A stretch of 64,000 nucleotides of DNA from Octopus vulgaris (Eukaryota), in NCBI GenBank assembly GCA_951406725.2, contig OX597840.1:37572001-37636000 (forward strand), written 5' to 3'. The notes below the pieces were generated by a model, which was not told the origin of the DNA, did not search any database, and saw only the letters and a program-made list of their open reading frames with translations. The translations under genes were made by a program, and so were the position numbers. Below are positions 42,420 through 56,265 of this stretch, in pieces. Positions within the stretch are counted from its first letter, which is position 1. Each line of letters begins with the position of its first letter.

Positions 42420-42725
42420 TTTCAAAGCTCTCACTCCGTCTCTCTCGCTCTCTCCTTCCTCTCACTAGCTCTCCATCTCTCTGTCTCTGTTTAGACTCTA
42501 TCTGTCTCTTTTTCTCTCTTACTTTCTCTCTCTCCTATTCTCTCTTTTCATCTCTCTCTCTCACTCATACACACACATACACATCTGAGTTTCTCGTTCA
42601 CTCAATCTCTCATTCTCAATCTCTCATTCATTCTATCTATCTCTCACTCCTCCTTGTTTCTCCTCCTCTCTCTTTTGCTCTCTCCATGTTTATCTATCTA
42701 GTTATCTATCTATCGAACGGTTCTG

Positions 42726-42788
<63 letters not shown>

Positions 42789-42831
42789 CCTATCTACCTA
42801 TCTATCTATCTATCTATCTATCAATCTATCA

Positions 42832-42921
<90 letters not shown>

Positions 42922-42927
42922 ATCTAT

Positions 42928-42971
<44 letters not shown>

Positions 42972-43665
42972 GTAACTCTGTCTTTATTTCTCTCCCTCTC
43001 TTTCCCTCTCTCTCTCACTTCATCTTTCTATCTCTTTTCCTCATACTTTCACTCATTCAATCACTTATAAATAAATTCACTTTCACTTTTCCTCTCTCTC
43101 CCCTCCTCTCTCTCATCCTCCTCTCTCTCTCTCTATTGCTCTCCTCCCCTTTAACTCCCCTACTCTTTTCACTCTCTCTCTCTCTCTCAAATCCTCATCC
43201 TTCTTCTCCCGCTCATTCACTCATCCAACCCCTCATGCCTCTCCCTTTCTCTTCCACTCCTTCTCTCATGCATATCTCTTGCATCTCTTTCTCATTCTCT
43301 TCTCTAATTTCTCTCTCACTCACCCCCCTCATTCTCCCCTCCCCCCATACACTATCTCTATCATATCTTGTTATCATTCCATTTCTCTACCTGCATCGCC
43401 CTCCTTCATTTTTCCTCTCTTTCAATTATATTCAATTATATTCTTCCTTCTTCTTTCTCTCTCACTCTCTCTCTCTCTTCACTTGTCTCTCCATCTCTGC
43501 ATCTCTTTATTTAACCCCTTCCCTCCCCCTCTCTCCTCTCTCCCTATTCCAATGTCGTATCTCTCCCTCTCCCCTCTTTAAATCTCCATTTAATTTCTTC
43601 CCCGCCGCTGTCCTATCTCTCCCATCTCTCTCTCTCTCTCTCCTTTTCTCTCTCTCTCTCTGAAT
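42420..43665. repeat. CT-rich low-complexity region with (ATCT)n core at 42727-42970
   Basis: Seen directly; explains the 419-aa L/S/I/Y ORF. Confidence 0.9.
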
Positions 43666-43809
43666 TTCTTTTCCTCCATAATTTCATATTTTCGTGGTCT
43701 CTATTCAGGCCTATCTTCCCTCTTTCTGTTGACTGTGTATATCACCCCACCCCTCTTACATATATATATACTAAGTTTATATATATATGTGTGTGTGTGT
43801 ATGTGTATG

Positions 43810-43888
<79 letters not shown>

Positions 43889-43891
43889 ATA

Positions 43892-43923
<32 letters not shown>

Positions 43924-44339
43924 CATATTATACACACACACAGCTATCGTTTCTCAGAAGCCTTTCTCTCTATATCTATCTAACTCACACTCTTCTGCTT
44001 ATCTCTCATCTCTCCCTCCATCCTCATCTGTCTCTCCTCTCATTACAACTCATCTTTCTTTCCCTCATTTTCATTTACATCTCTCTCTCTCTCTCTCTTC
44101 CTCGTTGAGTATCTCTCTCTCTCTTTCAATTTCTCTCTCCCTGTTTTCTGTCGACTAATCTCTATTTCTCAATCTCTCGTTTATTCTCTCTCTCTCTCTC
44201 TCTCTCCTTTTATCCATTCGCATGTATGTGTGTGTGTGTGTACGCACGCACGTGTACGTGAATGTGTACGTGTATACAATCATACACACGGAGGGGCAGT
44301 TAGACAGACAGACAGACAGATAGATAGATAGATAGATAT

Positions 44340-44388
<49 letters not shown>

Positions 44389-44475
44389 CAGCGAGAGAGA
44401 GAGAGACGTATAATTCATTTATTTACATATCTCGTTCTGTATCGCTATTTCGATAATCTGGACTTACACTTTTTG

Positions 44476-44525
<50 letters not shown>

Positions 44526-44685
44526 TCTCTCACTCCCTCTCTTTCTCCATGTCCCACTGTGTTTCACTTTATCATTTAAACCCCCACCCCCCACACGTAC
44601 TCATCACCCCCACACCTATTCACACACACACACACACACGCACCGACTTGCATAAATACAAACACACAGACACATACATACAAAA

Positions 44686-44723
<38 letters not shown>

Positions 44724-44939
44724 GCGCTCAAGCAATCGCCCGGATGCAACATGTAAATAGAGTAGTAGTACCTGTAATAGTAGTTATAGTAGTAGTAGTA
44801 GTAGTGGTAGCAGCAGCAGTAGTAGTAGTAGTGCTATTACAGCTACAACTACTACCGTAGCTGCCACAAACAGTGATACCAGCGACAGAATAATCACTCT
44901 AGCGCCGAAACCACAAGGTGGTTGCTACTAGTACATATA

Positions 44940-45193
44940 CTGCATACCATCACAACCACTACCACCATCACCACCACCACCACCACAAACTCCACCTACA
45001 CCACCAGCAGCATCATCACCACCACCACCACCACCAGCATCACCACCACCACCGACACCACCACCAACACCACCACCACCACCGACACCACCAACACCAA
45101 CACCACCACCATCGCCACTGCAGCCGTCTCTATCGCGTCCATTATCAACTGCACTTCAAATAACATCATGGAATCTTCAACACTGCCACCATC

Positions 45194-45229
<36 letters not shown>

Positions 45230-46298
45230 AACAGCAGCAGCAACAACACCATAAACACTAGTGACCAGCACCACCACCACCAACAGTAACGCTAACAACA
45301 CCAGCATCACAACAACGATTAACAACAGCAACAACAACAATAGCAAGGCCGCAAGTAACTCCAACACCCTTTCCGCCCCGCCCCCCCCCCCCTGTGATAC
45401 TCAATAAATGATCTTAATACAATGATATAAAGTATTACGATCCTCAAAGCCATCATTACAGCCATCACCATCATCATCATCACCAACATCATCATCATCA
45501 TCATCATCATCATCACCGTCATCATCATCATCACCATCATCATCATCACCGTCAGCATCATCATCATCATCATCATCATCACCAACACCACCTTCACCAC
45601 CACAAATACCACAACCACCACTACCATCATCATCATCACCATCACCATCATCATCATCACCATCACCACTATCATCACCACCATCATCATCATCGTCATC
45701 ATCATCGTCATCATCATCGTCACCACCATCATCATCATCATCATCGTCGTCATCATCATCACCGCCACCATCATCATCATCGCAAAAGTCGTCTTCGTCA
45801 CCATCATCATCACAATCTTCGTTATCATTACCTTCACCATCATCATCATCATCATCATTGGACGCAGCAACAACAGTAATAACAGTGTTGTGCCTAATTC
45901 TGAGGGGAAACCACTGGCTGCTACTCCTGCCGCTGCTACCGCTGCTGCTTTTACTTCTGATGCTGTTGCCGATGGTGATGATGATGTCGACGATGATGAT
46001 GGCGATGATGACGATCTCAAAGACGACGTTAAAGACGACGATACCAGTGATGACGATGTTGAAGTTGGTGGTGATGATGATGGGGAGGAGGACGTTGATG
46101 AGCAGGAGGAGGAGTAGGTGGAGGCAGAAGAGAAGAATGAGGAGGGGGCGGAGGGGATCGTGATGAGGATTGCAAAAGTGGACGGAGTTGCGGCGGTGGT
46201 GATGAGGATAATGATGGCAACGACTACGTTAAAGATAAGGCGGACGGGGAATGATAATGATGTTGACGTGATGACGACGACCACGACGACGATGATGA

Positions 46299-46337
<39 letters not shown>

Positions 46338-46370
46338 TGATGATGATGATGATGATGGTAATGGTAGTAT
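44940..46370. repeat. Compound trinucleotide region (CAC, CAA, CAT, GAT, GAC)
   Basis: Seen directly. Confidence 0.85.
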
Positions 46371-46708
46371 AGGTACTTGTGTTGCATAGACAGGTTTTAT
46401 TTCCGGCGCTGGTCCTCTGAGTGGGTGCTGAGGAGAAAGCGCTAAGCTGTGTCCTTCACGGACCGTTATGATGTAATTATGTCTCTCGAAATACCCCAGG
46501 ACGCCTCTCGCATGCAGGAGTATCGCAAAGTGCACCCATAGAGTGCAGCTCGAGACTAGTAATGGAACTAAGAGTCATATATTTGCCTGACTAACTTTGC
46601 TGGAAATCCAAAATGTATATGCATATCCATGAAAGCACAAAATAACACAACAACGCGAGGACGTGGAGCAAATATAGTATTATTGGACGCTCAGGAAAGG
46701 AAAGGAGG

Positions 46709-46743
46709 GATTAACGTTTCGAGCGGAGCTCTTCGTCGGAAAC
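46709..46743 (-). ncRNA. Hammerhead motif H10, in short element ~46625-46817 related to family B
   Basis: Minus strand GTTT-CcGACGA-A-GAGC-TCC-GCTC-GAAAC-GTT-AAtC; keeps A6, has C at position 4. Confidence 0.6.
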
Positions 46744-47622
46744 ATAGGAGAAGGAAAGATCTAGAGAAGGGAAGACAGAAGAAAAAAAATCGTCAACGGT
46801 ACACACGCGGTCGCACAAACACACACACACGCACACACACTAACACGCAGAGGTATTTTCTTTCATCTTTCTTTTTTTCGATGTCTGCTAATCACTATTG
46901 TTTACTCTTTTCTTTATTTCTCTTATTCCATGCCTTCCCAGAATGCCTTTCAAATTTCTCATGATTCTACATCGTTCATCCTGTTCCTGGCCTTTTTTTC
47001 TACCAACCTTACTTACAATTAATTTCGCTCTTTGTGCTCTCTCTCCGTCTCCCTGTCTCCCCATCTCTCTATCCCTCCGTCTCCCTATCTCTGCATTTTC
47101 TTGTCTCTCCGCATCCCTATATCTCTGTCTCACGCGCTCTGTCTTCATTCAAGGTTTAATACCTCATCTACTAATTATTTATTCTCGTCCCGGGCTAACC
47201 CTTATGCACAAAATTATATCTTGCTCTACTTTACTGCGAACGACAGACTGCTGGATAGACTTTAATACAATGCCCCATACTTTGTGTTCTCCCAGCGAAA
47301 GAGCTAATTGTTTTCCATATCCATTATGTTAATCGCTTGACATATTATTTTATAATATCTCTTCTTTCTTGTTCCTGGGCACTGTTCTAATTCGAACTCA
47401 TACTGTCTTGGGCATTATATTGCTGTCTTATTTCCGAATGTGCTTTGTTGCTGTCCAGTCTTTACTGCATTTTTCCTGAAATCAGTTTTCTATTTTTATT
47501 GGTTCATGAAAGTAGCTATATTGCAGTTAAAGTGCCGAAATCGCCAGAAGATCAAGGAAAACAGCTGATGAAGATAGCTCTGTGACACTGTGTTTTCCGC
47601 GTTCTATTAGTTTGAGTTAATT

Positions 47623-47860
47623 ATACATACATGCATACATACATACATACATACATACATACATACATACATACATACATACATACATGCATGCATACAT
47701 GCATACATACATACATACATACATACATACATACATACATACATGCATACATACATACATGCATGCATGCATGCATACATACATACATACATACATACAT
47801 ACATACATACATACATACATACATACATACATACATACATACATACATACATACATACAC
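47623..47860. repeat. (ATAC)n microsatellite
   Basis: Seen directly. Confidence 0.95.
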
Positions 47861-47890
47861 ATGCACCTCGATGACCAGCAGCGAAGGCAG

Positions 47891-47966
47891 CATTCCTAAG
47901 GTATTTTTCGATGTTATAATAATAATAATTATTATTATTATAACATCGAAAAATACCTTAGGAATG
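47891..47966. repeat. Perfect 76-bp palindrome just 5' of hammerhead H11
   Basis: cattcctaaggtatttttcgatgttataataataat-aatt-attattattataacatcgaaaaataccttaggaatg. Confidence 0.97.
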
Positions 47967-47992
47967 AGAACCCTGGTTCGAAATTTCACCAA

Positions 47993-48038
47993 GACACCTG
48001 ATGAATGCTGGAAGGTATACCAGCCGAAACGTTGTGTT
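47993..48038 (+). ncRNA. Minimal hammerhead motif H11, in element ~47927-48100
   Basis: GACAC-CTGATGA-at-GCTGG-aaggtata-CCAGC-c-GAAAC-GTT-GTGTT; loopless ACGT helix III; element ends in (aataatgta) repeats. Confidence 0.75.
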
Positions 48039-48429
48039 AAGAACAAACAAGATGAGGACAAATAACCGTGAAATTTAAATAATGTAAATAATGTAAAATA
48101 AATTCAACCTGAAGACGTACCACAAAGTTGAATACATGTGGGAAGCAATGAAATCGATGAGATAAATGAGTTATTCTACATAAACCACAATAAATATGTG
48201 CGTCGAAATCCACAGGAGATTAACCCGTCGTGGGCCGGCAGGATGGCTTCGAACCTCAGCATATTTGAAAAATTATGCAACTTTTACATTTTACATTTAA
48301 ATGAATTTATATCTGATAAATTTTACTGTCAATAGTTTATGTATGCAGATACAATTTTTGAGTTAAAAATTTCCAGTCATATCGATGTTGTAGCATGAAA
48401 TATGGTCATTGAAGTCCAACGGGATCCCA

Positions 48430-48830
48430 TTGGTCTTCTCTGAAATATATTTTCAGATATTCTTATACGAAAGTGAAATATGAGTTACTACGGAGATGGA
48501 AGGACATCAATTGGCCAAGGAAAGATTCATGCTACGAATATTATTTCGAGAGCATTTTCGAGATGAGATAATTCAAGAACGAAGAGAATGGATCGACGTG
48601 ATGGCACAATACTAGAAAGCTGATGTTCTACCGGGCACGACATGTTATAAGGTTCGTCGATATCAGGTAGAACGGTGCAATTGCCGAGATCGAAGTGGCC
48701 ACTGGGAACGCCGGCTCGAAGCTGAGAAAGGAAATTAGGAAAGCGATTCGCTCCGAGATGTAGAAGAACTGCGCAGTCATGAGAGAATTGGAAGTGCATT
48801 GTGACCGGCGATGTCTTACAACAACTGATA
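48430..48830 (+). pseudogene. Decayed RTE LINE 3' region
   Basis: FLYESEI*VTTE..ERFMLRILFREHFRDE..RARHVIRFVDIR..PLGTPARS. Confidence 0.65.
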
Positions 48831-49062
48831 CTTTGGGTCTTACTGCGATACAGTGATAAATATGTATGCATGCCTGTCAGTCTGTCTGTTTGTTTGTCTG
48901 TCTATACAGTGTGTATGTATTCATTCCATGACTATTCACAAATTTCGGGTAGCGGAGAAATGAATTCTGATCAGAAACCAAATAAATATGATCTGCTGGA
49001 TTTATTGAGTAAACCTGATATCGTAGGTAATATATATAGGCATAAATACGTACATACACGCA

Positions 49063-49117
<55 letters not shown>

Positions 49118-49702
49118 GCATGTGTATCTATGAATTTCTATATATTTGAGAGTATAATCTACAGATATGAGTGGTAAGACTAATGCTGTCCCCAACCAAC
49201 CTTGGTTGCTGCTTTTGGTACAAATAACACTTACTAAGCACAACTTACAAAGTGCTGATATGGACCCCATAAATTTTGCAAGCTAGCTAATCAGTTTTGC
49301 AAATACGTCTAAGTATAGAATCAACCCTTGCTCTACTTAAGGGTGAAATACTACCATAGACTCTTCAGTTAGTCAGTGTGAGCTTTGTTGATTTGCAATC
49401 AGCATAGAGGACCCCATAAATCAACGGGCTAAAGACTCTATCCGTTTCCTGGCTCCACATGATAAACGAGAGAGGATGAGGAGGCCTGTGGTGCGAATAA
49501 ACTATTTTCTTACTAAAAATTAACCAATAGCACTTAACAGTTGTGTGCTGCCTCTACAGTTACTGGAGCAAGAATTAAAAAAAATTAACTGAGACATCAA
49601 TGGGCAGAGCGATGGAAGAAGAAGGGAGAAATAGGTTGGTATAAAAGTCAGACATATTCTTTACTGTATAGAATTGGAAAATGGAAGCGTCGTTGTGGCT
49701 GG

Positions 49703-50025
49703 AACAAAATCTCTCGTGGAAGCGTCATCCAACCAAAGTACAAATATATGGGAAATTACCACCTGTGTCATCTCTTGTGAAGGGTAGAAGAGTCCAGTTT
49801 GCTGGACATTGTTGTAGAGCTGAAAACGAAGTAATTTCTACTCTCCTCCTCTGGCAGCTATCTACCCGCAATACCAGAGGGCGCACACTCTCCTACCCTG
49901 ATGTAATATCCAGGGATACAGGCATCAAACAACAGGACCCCCGTAATGCTATGAGGGAATGTGAAGTCTGGCGTAGCTTGGTAAATTCCATTGTCTCGAC
50001 CACGGTCGAACAATGATGACGATAT
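49703..50025 (+). mobile_element. RTE-like LINE 3' end, well preserved
   Basis: NLSWKRHPTKVQIYGKLPPVSSLVKGRRVQFAGHCCRAENEVISTLLLW...VWRSLV, stop, short TGA-repeat tail. Confidence 0.8.
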
Positions 50026-50059
50026 GGATGGATTTCCCATACAGAAGAAACTAAGTATA

Positions 50060-52520
50060 CTGTAAAAATGAGGTTTGAACGAGAAACTTCACAGGGAAGT
50101 GTAGAACACACTGGAATAGGAATATACTCCAATGATATCGCATAATGACAATGGAGTCGACGAAAGCTATGGGAACTTCACAGACCTAATTGAAATCTCC
50201 ACATTTTGCAACAAGATCATAATGGAAAACTTGAACGTAAAGATCTGAAATGAGAAAGAAATACATAAAGGTGAAATGAAAAGAGACAACACGGAATCGA
50301 CCAATGAAATGAAAGAGAACAAAGGAAAGCAGAGTTTGGCGACATGTAATAAATTGAAAATCATGAACCTACTTCATAAGAGGGAAAAATATAACGAAAC
50401 CAAACATGGATAAGGCCTGACAGATGAACAAAAACAACAACTCTTCTTGAACAAACCTCATATTATGAAGTATATGACAGTCGTCACCAAGGTAAATAGT
50501 GGCAGCGACCGTTGTGTAGTGATGAGCACAATAATTATTAACATCAAAGGAAGAGGTAAAAATTTGCTTGTAAAGCCAAGTGATCTTGCTATCAACAAAG
50601 AAAAGTTGAAAGACAAGAAACAGGAATTGCAGCTAGTGTTGAACAATCGATTTAGCAAACTACATGGAAGCGGATATGACTTAAACAGCTGGAGCAGTTA
50701 GATGAGAGGACTTAATCAAAGAATATGCAGTAGAAATAGCCGGAGAGAAGCGAAGGAAAGTTGTGTCAAAGTTAAATGTCTTATCGAGGAATGCAAAGAG
50801 ATGAAACGACGATGGCGTATGAGTGTAGGTGAGAGGATATTGTGGCAAAATGATAGAACTGCAAGAAAAATAATAACAGAATGCATCGGGAAATGCAACA
50901 GATAGGAGGGAAATGATGGAGAGGAAGAACTCAATCTTGAAACGAAGTGCAAGGAATTGCTGGCTACAAAGAAAAACAGAATTAGTTGCCTGTTTGACAA
51001 AGACAGCGAATAAGAAATGGGTTAAAAATTATCAAAAATGACCAAGGGGATTTCAAAATTCTTTGCAAAGTTATATAATTGAGAACATACCGAATTAAAT
51101 ACACAGCCTGTGTCACTAATGATAATTAAACAGAATAATGAACAGAGATAACAATAACTGTTTCTAATTTAGGCATAAAACCATCGGTTTTGATAGGGTA
51201 GGTCTGTTGTTCGAATAGATCGACGTGTACGTGGCTTGTACTTATTTTGTCAACCAGAACTCGGAGAAGAAGAGAGGGAGTCGATATGTCACCCAAACTT
51301 TTACAATCTGCCGCGAAAATATCTTCAAACTGTGAAACGGGGAGATAAACATGAATGGAAAGACCCTGTAGCGTCTCAGATTCCAAGATGTTATTGTATC
51401 CATAACAACGCAAAGAAGAAAGACGAAATGATAGAATTCTGTACAGGAAGCAAGAGTAACCATCTGAAAAGGAAGCAGCACAAAACACACCACGTGATTA
51501 ATGAATGAATTGTCACCGAATATTGTTACACTTAATGGTGAACGGAAGTGAACATGTAGACAAAAGAAAACTCTATATATAACACACACACGTGTAGATA
51601 GGGGCATGGCTGTATGGTTAAGAAGATCGCTTGGCAAAACGTGGTTTCTTGTTAAGGCCCTCCTCGAGGAGAGAGTGTCATCCCCTATTGCCTCCTGGGC
51701 CAACCGATGCCTTGTGAGGTAATTTGCTACACGAAAACTGTGTGGAAGCCTATCGTATGTTTATGTGTGTGTATGTGTGTATGTGTATGTGTGTGAGTGT
51801 GTGTGACTTTGTGTTTGTGTTTTCCTCCCAATCATTTGAAAATTATGTTAGCTTTTTGCATCCTCGTATTTCAGCCGTTAAGGAATCGGAAGAACAAGTA
51901 TCGGGGTTCAAAAAGTTTTGTTTTTTTTAAATACTGGGGTCGATTTATTAGATCAAATCCCTTTAAGGCAGTGCTCCAATATGGCTGCTGTCGGATGACT
52001 GAAATAAGAGAAGATAGATGGTAAGTACCCAGGGCGAAGCAGAAAATCCAAAATAATACAGCTTTAATTATTAGGATCTTCCACTTTTAACAATCAGAGG
52101 AACGTTCAGAAATCAAATCTTCCACGTCTCCTTCAAAAGGAAAACCAGAAAACAATGCGTGATTCACAGTCGTTTAAAGATGAGAAATGCGTGGATATTA
52201 AGAACGGAAAGATAGATAGAGAGGTAGAGAGATAGAGACGGGGGAGAACTGGCAGTGTGCCAACATAGAAAGGAATAATCAATGACAGGCATAACAGAGA
52301 GCGAAAGAGAAATAAATGGGTAAGAGAACGGACGAATGTTGATGATGTTCTTAAATGGACGAAGCGAGAAGAGAGTGGAATTAGAGATATGTGTAAATGG
52401 AAGAAATCATCAAGGTTTAATTCTTGCTAACAAAAGGGCGTGGAACGAAATGTAATGGTAGGGCAAGAAAATCGACACAGCGGACAAATAATAAATGGTG
52501 ACAATCAACTAGAAATCCCA
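50060..52520 (+). pseudogene. Ancient RTE LINE (APE, RT and 3' remnants), interrupted by a SINE
   Basis: KIIMENLNVK (like IIMGDFNAK), NKLKIMN, KVNSGSDRCVV (like GSDHRLV), INMNGKTL*RLRFQDVIV (like LRFADDIV), NKWVRERTNVDDVL, all in the correct order. Confidence 0.7.
51600..52015 (+). mobile_element. Decayed SINE S2
   Basis: ggcatggctgtatggttaagaag head; ggggtcgattt..ggcagtgctccaatatggc tail. Confidence 0.7.
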
Positions 52521-52581
52521 GAATATGGTAATGAGGTGGAATCAAGTTGTGGCTTTCATGCACACTAGTGTGTATATATAA

Positions 52582-52658
<77 letters not shown>

Positions 52659-52678
52659 CATATATACATATATATGTA

Positions 52679-52720
<42 letters not shown>

Positions 52721-52744
52721 GTGTGTGTGGGGGGGGTGGGGGTG

Positions 52745-52955
52745 CATATGTTTGTGTGTCTTTGTTTGTCCACCCAGCATCGCTTGACAACCGATGATGG
52801 TGTGCTTACGTCCCCGTAACCAAGCGATTCGGCAAAAAGATTCCGAGAGAATAAGTACTGGGCTTACAAAGAATAAGTCCTGGGGTCGATTTGCTCGACT
52901 AAAAGCGGTGCTCCAGCATGGCCACAGTCAACTGACTGAAACAAGTAAAAGAGTA
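52745..52955 (+). mobile_element. SINE S2 3' half
   Basis: Close match to 11380-11585. Confidence 0.88.
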
Positions 52956-52987
52956 TATATATATATGTATATATATATGTATATTTA

Positions 52988-53071
52988 TATTTCCTGAGCG
53001 CCATACTAATACAATTGTTTGTTTGTTTTCCACCTGCCTTCGTCTTTTGTCTATTTTCATAAAGCTTCCCG

Positions 53072-53075
<4 letters not shown>
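52988..53075 (+). mobile_element. Family B 3' part running into (TA)n
   Basis: Close match to 22062-22150. Confidence 0.8.
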
Positions 53076-53137
<62 letters not shown>

Positions 53138-53189
53138 TATTTCACATAGCATAGCAATGAAAACCTTGGAGAGAACGTGAAATAAAAGT

Positions 53190-53225
53190 CTTTTACGTTT
53201 CGAGTCTACGCTCTTCTGCAGAGAG
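53190..53225 (-). ncRNA. Variant-core hammerhead-like motif H12, in family B piece 53180-53300
   Basis: Minus strand CTcT-CTGCAGA-A-GAGC-GTAG-aCTC-GAAAC-GTA-AAAG. Confidence 0.5.
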
Positions 53226-53861
53226 GGAATTAGAAAAATCAAGGAGAGAAACAGGGAAAGAGAAAAAATGTGTGTAGTGGCTAACGATCTGTCATGGCGA
53301 CTGCCAGAGATTTTTTTAACCCCATCCCGCTCCCATTATTTGAACCTTATCCCGGCTGCTTAATTTTCTAACCTTGCTTGTTGAACTCCCTCTTCTCTGC
53401 TAATTTATTCGAAAGATTCTCTGAAATAGCTTTCAAGCAGTCATCGTAGCCGGTTCCTTTCTCTTGTTTAAACTGTCCTTGCAATAATGAAACCTCTCTC
53501 GGTCTATTGCTTATTCAACAGTGTTAAGCTGCCATACAACCGGCAGCGTCGTAGATTCTCTCCTCTCTTTTTATAACATTTGTCATATTTGATCTGAGTG
53601 TCTTGCGTTCAAACATTGTTTAGTAGACTCTTATTCTCTTGTTTTTCTAACATTTGATCCACAGTGAGAAATTTACGCTAGATAGGTTTCCCTTCAGGTT
53701 AGATGACATCTTTCTTTTTTCAAATTGGTGACAGATTTCTCTTCTCACAATCATACAAGGAATTTTTTATTCGTTTAGACTCTTTCTCTCTTTCCCTCCC
53801 TCAATCTTTCCCTCACTATCTCTCTGTCTTTCTGTCTCTTTCTGTCTCTCTGTCTCTCTGC

Positions 53862-53893
<32 letters not shown>

Positions 53894-55030
53894 TTCTCTG
53901 TCGCTCTCTGAAACTGTTCCCCTCTCTCTGTCTGTTTCTCTGTCTCTCTCTTTCTCTGTCGCTCTCTGCCACTCTTCCCCTCTCGCTATCTATTACTGTC
54001 TCTTTCTCTTTCACAAATAATCTTCTATTCATTCACTCGCTCTCCTTTATTCCTGTCTGTGCTTCACACACACACACACATACCTATACACGCACACACA
54101 TACATATACACGCACACACACATACATACTCGTACACATAAACACACACACACACACAAGGATATACACTCAAAAACACATGCGTTCGCTCACAAGCACA
54201 CACAAACGTGCACACTCATACACACGAACTCAAACACAGAGAAACACACACACACACAGATACAGTTACACACACACTCACACTAATACAGAGAAAATAT
54301 ACACACACACGCATGCACATGTACACGAACGCATTCACATATACAAACACACACACGCACACGCAAACACGCACATACACACGCACACTCACAAAAACAC
54401 ACACAAATGTACACACACGCAAGCACACACAAACTCACTCACACGCTCAAACACACACATGCGCACACTCACGCACGAACGCGCACACACACACACACAC
54501 ACACACATCCACTCTCACACACACGCACACGCAAGCACACACACACCAACATACAGACAATCATGTACACACACGCAAGCACACACAAACACACACGCAC
54601 ACCAACACACAAACAATCATGTACGCACACGCATGCACACAAACACACACGAACGCCAGCGCTATGGATTTTTTCCCTCGCTCTCTTTTGTGTGTCTTAA
54701 CAATTCTTGGTGTTTATCCACGTTTAGTCTTACAGAAAACGAAAGCGAAACACCTTCTTTGTTAAAGGGGGGGGGTTGACAACAAGGAAGTGGAATGGGT
54801 GAGATTAGGGAGGTGGAGTTATTAAATAATGTGTGTGTGTGTGTGAAGTGCGCGTGTGTGTGTATATAGTTTCTTATGGAAAAAGGGCCACGTGAAAATA
54901 TAAAACTGAAAATGTGTTTATGAAAGAGAGAGAGAGAGAGAAAGAAAGTGAGTGAGAGCGAGAGAATGAGAGAGAAAGTGCGCATACGCATGTGTATTGA
55001 AATATATATTATATAACTACTTGCATGAAT

Positions 55031-55072
<42 letters not shown>

Positions 55073-55398
55073 ATACACACCAATGAGCGTGAAAGTTACA
55101 TAATCGGATTGTTATCTGACATTCTATTTTATTCTTTACGCGAAACCGTTTTGTAAGATCAGCCGTGATGGATATTTCATTCTATACATTTGGGATAATA
55201 TACCCACCCTACTGACAGATATAGGAATTCATCTTTTCCTTGAATTATGACCTCTTAGTCGACTATATATACACTGTTGCATTTCAGAATGGTCATTTGA
55301 TTTATTATTATTATTTTTTTGCCAAATAGACACACATATTATATATATTTCCTTCACTCGTTTATTACTGTTATTTTTTTAATTTGACACCTCTCTAT

Positions 55399-55444
55399 TG
55401 TCCGGAAATCTTTCGTCACACATCTGTGACCTCTTCAGCGACAC
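55399..55444 (-). ncRNA. Hammerhead motif H13
   Basis: Minus strand GTGTCG-CTGAAGA-G-GTCACA-gatg-TGTGAC-GAAA-gatt-TC-CGGACA: canonical core, 6-bp helix II, bulged helix I. Confidence 0.68.
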
Positions 55445-55599
55445 TCTTCGTTGCCGCTTGTGTTCTTGCTTCACTTACTCCATTCTCTTCTCCTAAGAGG
55501 TGTATCCTTAGGTGCGCATGCGTTTATGTCCTTGTATGTTTGTGTGTGTGTGTGCGTATGTATATATTGATCGTATATGATTAATACGGAAGACCGCAT

Positions 55600-56265
55600 T
55601 AATTGTACATCGTCATCTGGGACTTTCGACTGGAAGAAGTCCAATTTTGATTTTAAAACACCTACATCCACTTTGTGTGGGTCCCTCAGGCTCTTTGGGA
55701 GAACATTAAAAAGCTGTGGGCCTTTGAAACCCAGGCTGCTGCAATAACTGGTCTTGAGGCGTAATGGCATTGCTGCGGTTTTGGCACTATGCAGTGTCGA
55801 CTCGTTCTGGCATTGGTGTAGCTTTCAATGCCGAAATTTGGCACAATTCCTTACAGGATCTTCGAGATATATATTACTGCATACCTCTCCCGTCTTCTCT
55901 CCAAGGAATATAGTCTTAGCTGTCTCAGCTGTTTCAGTAGCTGAGCAATTGCAAAGAGACGACTTACTTTGTGAACCTTCTCTGGATTTCTTCAAGGTCC
56001 GCTGTTAATTTCACACTTTTGGGTGACCATAACTGGGAGCAGTAATCCAAGAGGCTGAAGACGAATGTTCTCCAGAGGACCATCATGGTTTCTTATCTCT
56101 GGTTCTGAATGTTCTCGGGATCCATCCAGCCAGTTGTCTGCACTTTGTCGCCATCCTGGTAATGTGCACTTGGAAAGAGGTGTCATCACTCATGTCGATA
56201 CCCAAATCGCTCACTGATTTAGGCTCTGGGATTGTAATCCCCTGTGAACCAGTGTACCCTGCATG
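55600..56265 (-). pseudogene. CR1-like LINE, post-RT C-terminal fragment
   Basis: MATKCRQLAGWI.RTFRTRDK.TMMVLWRTFVFSLLDYCSQLWSP..DLEEIQRRFTK and SLGFKGPQLFNVLPKSLRD..KSKLDFFQSKVPD, with frameshifts. Confidence 0.85.

Noticed and set aside
42404-43663. 419-aa ORF, and the many other ORFs rich in YI, CV, HT, LSIY, poly-I, poly-M or poly-L
   Set aside because: Translations of stop-free microsatellite or low-complexity DNA; no domain or splice support
45319-46284. 321-aa Ser/Met-rich ORF and the overlapping acidic ORF
   Set aside because: Almost entirely trinucleotide repeats, open in several frames
47150-47340. Possible GIY-YIG remnant (GKQLALSLGEHK) on the minus strand
   Set aside because: Similarity too weak to call by eye
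53380-53760. Possible RTE 3' remnant on the minus strand (LYDCE.., RLYGSL)
   Set aside because: Too decayed to support as a feature
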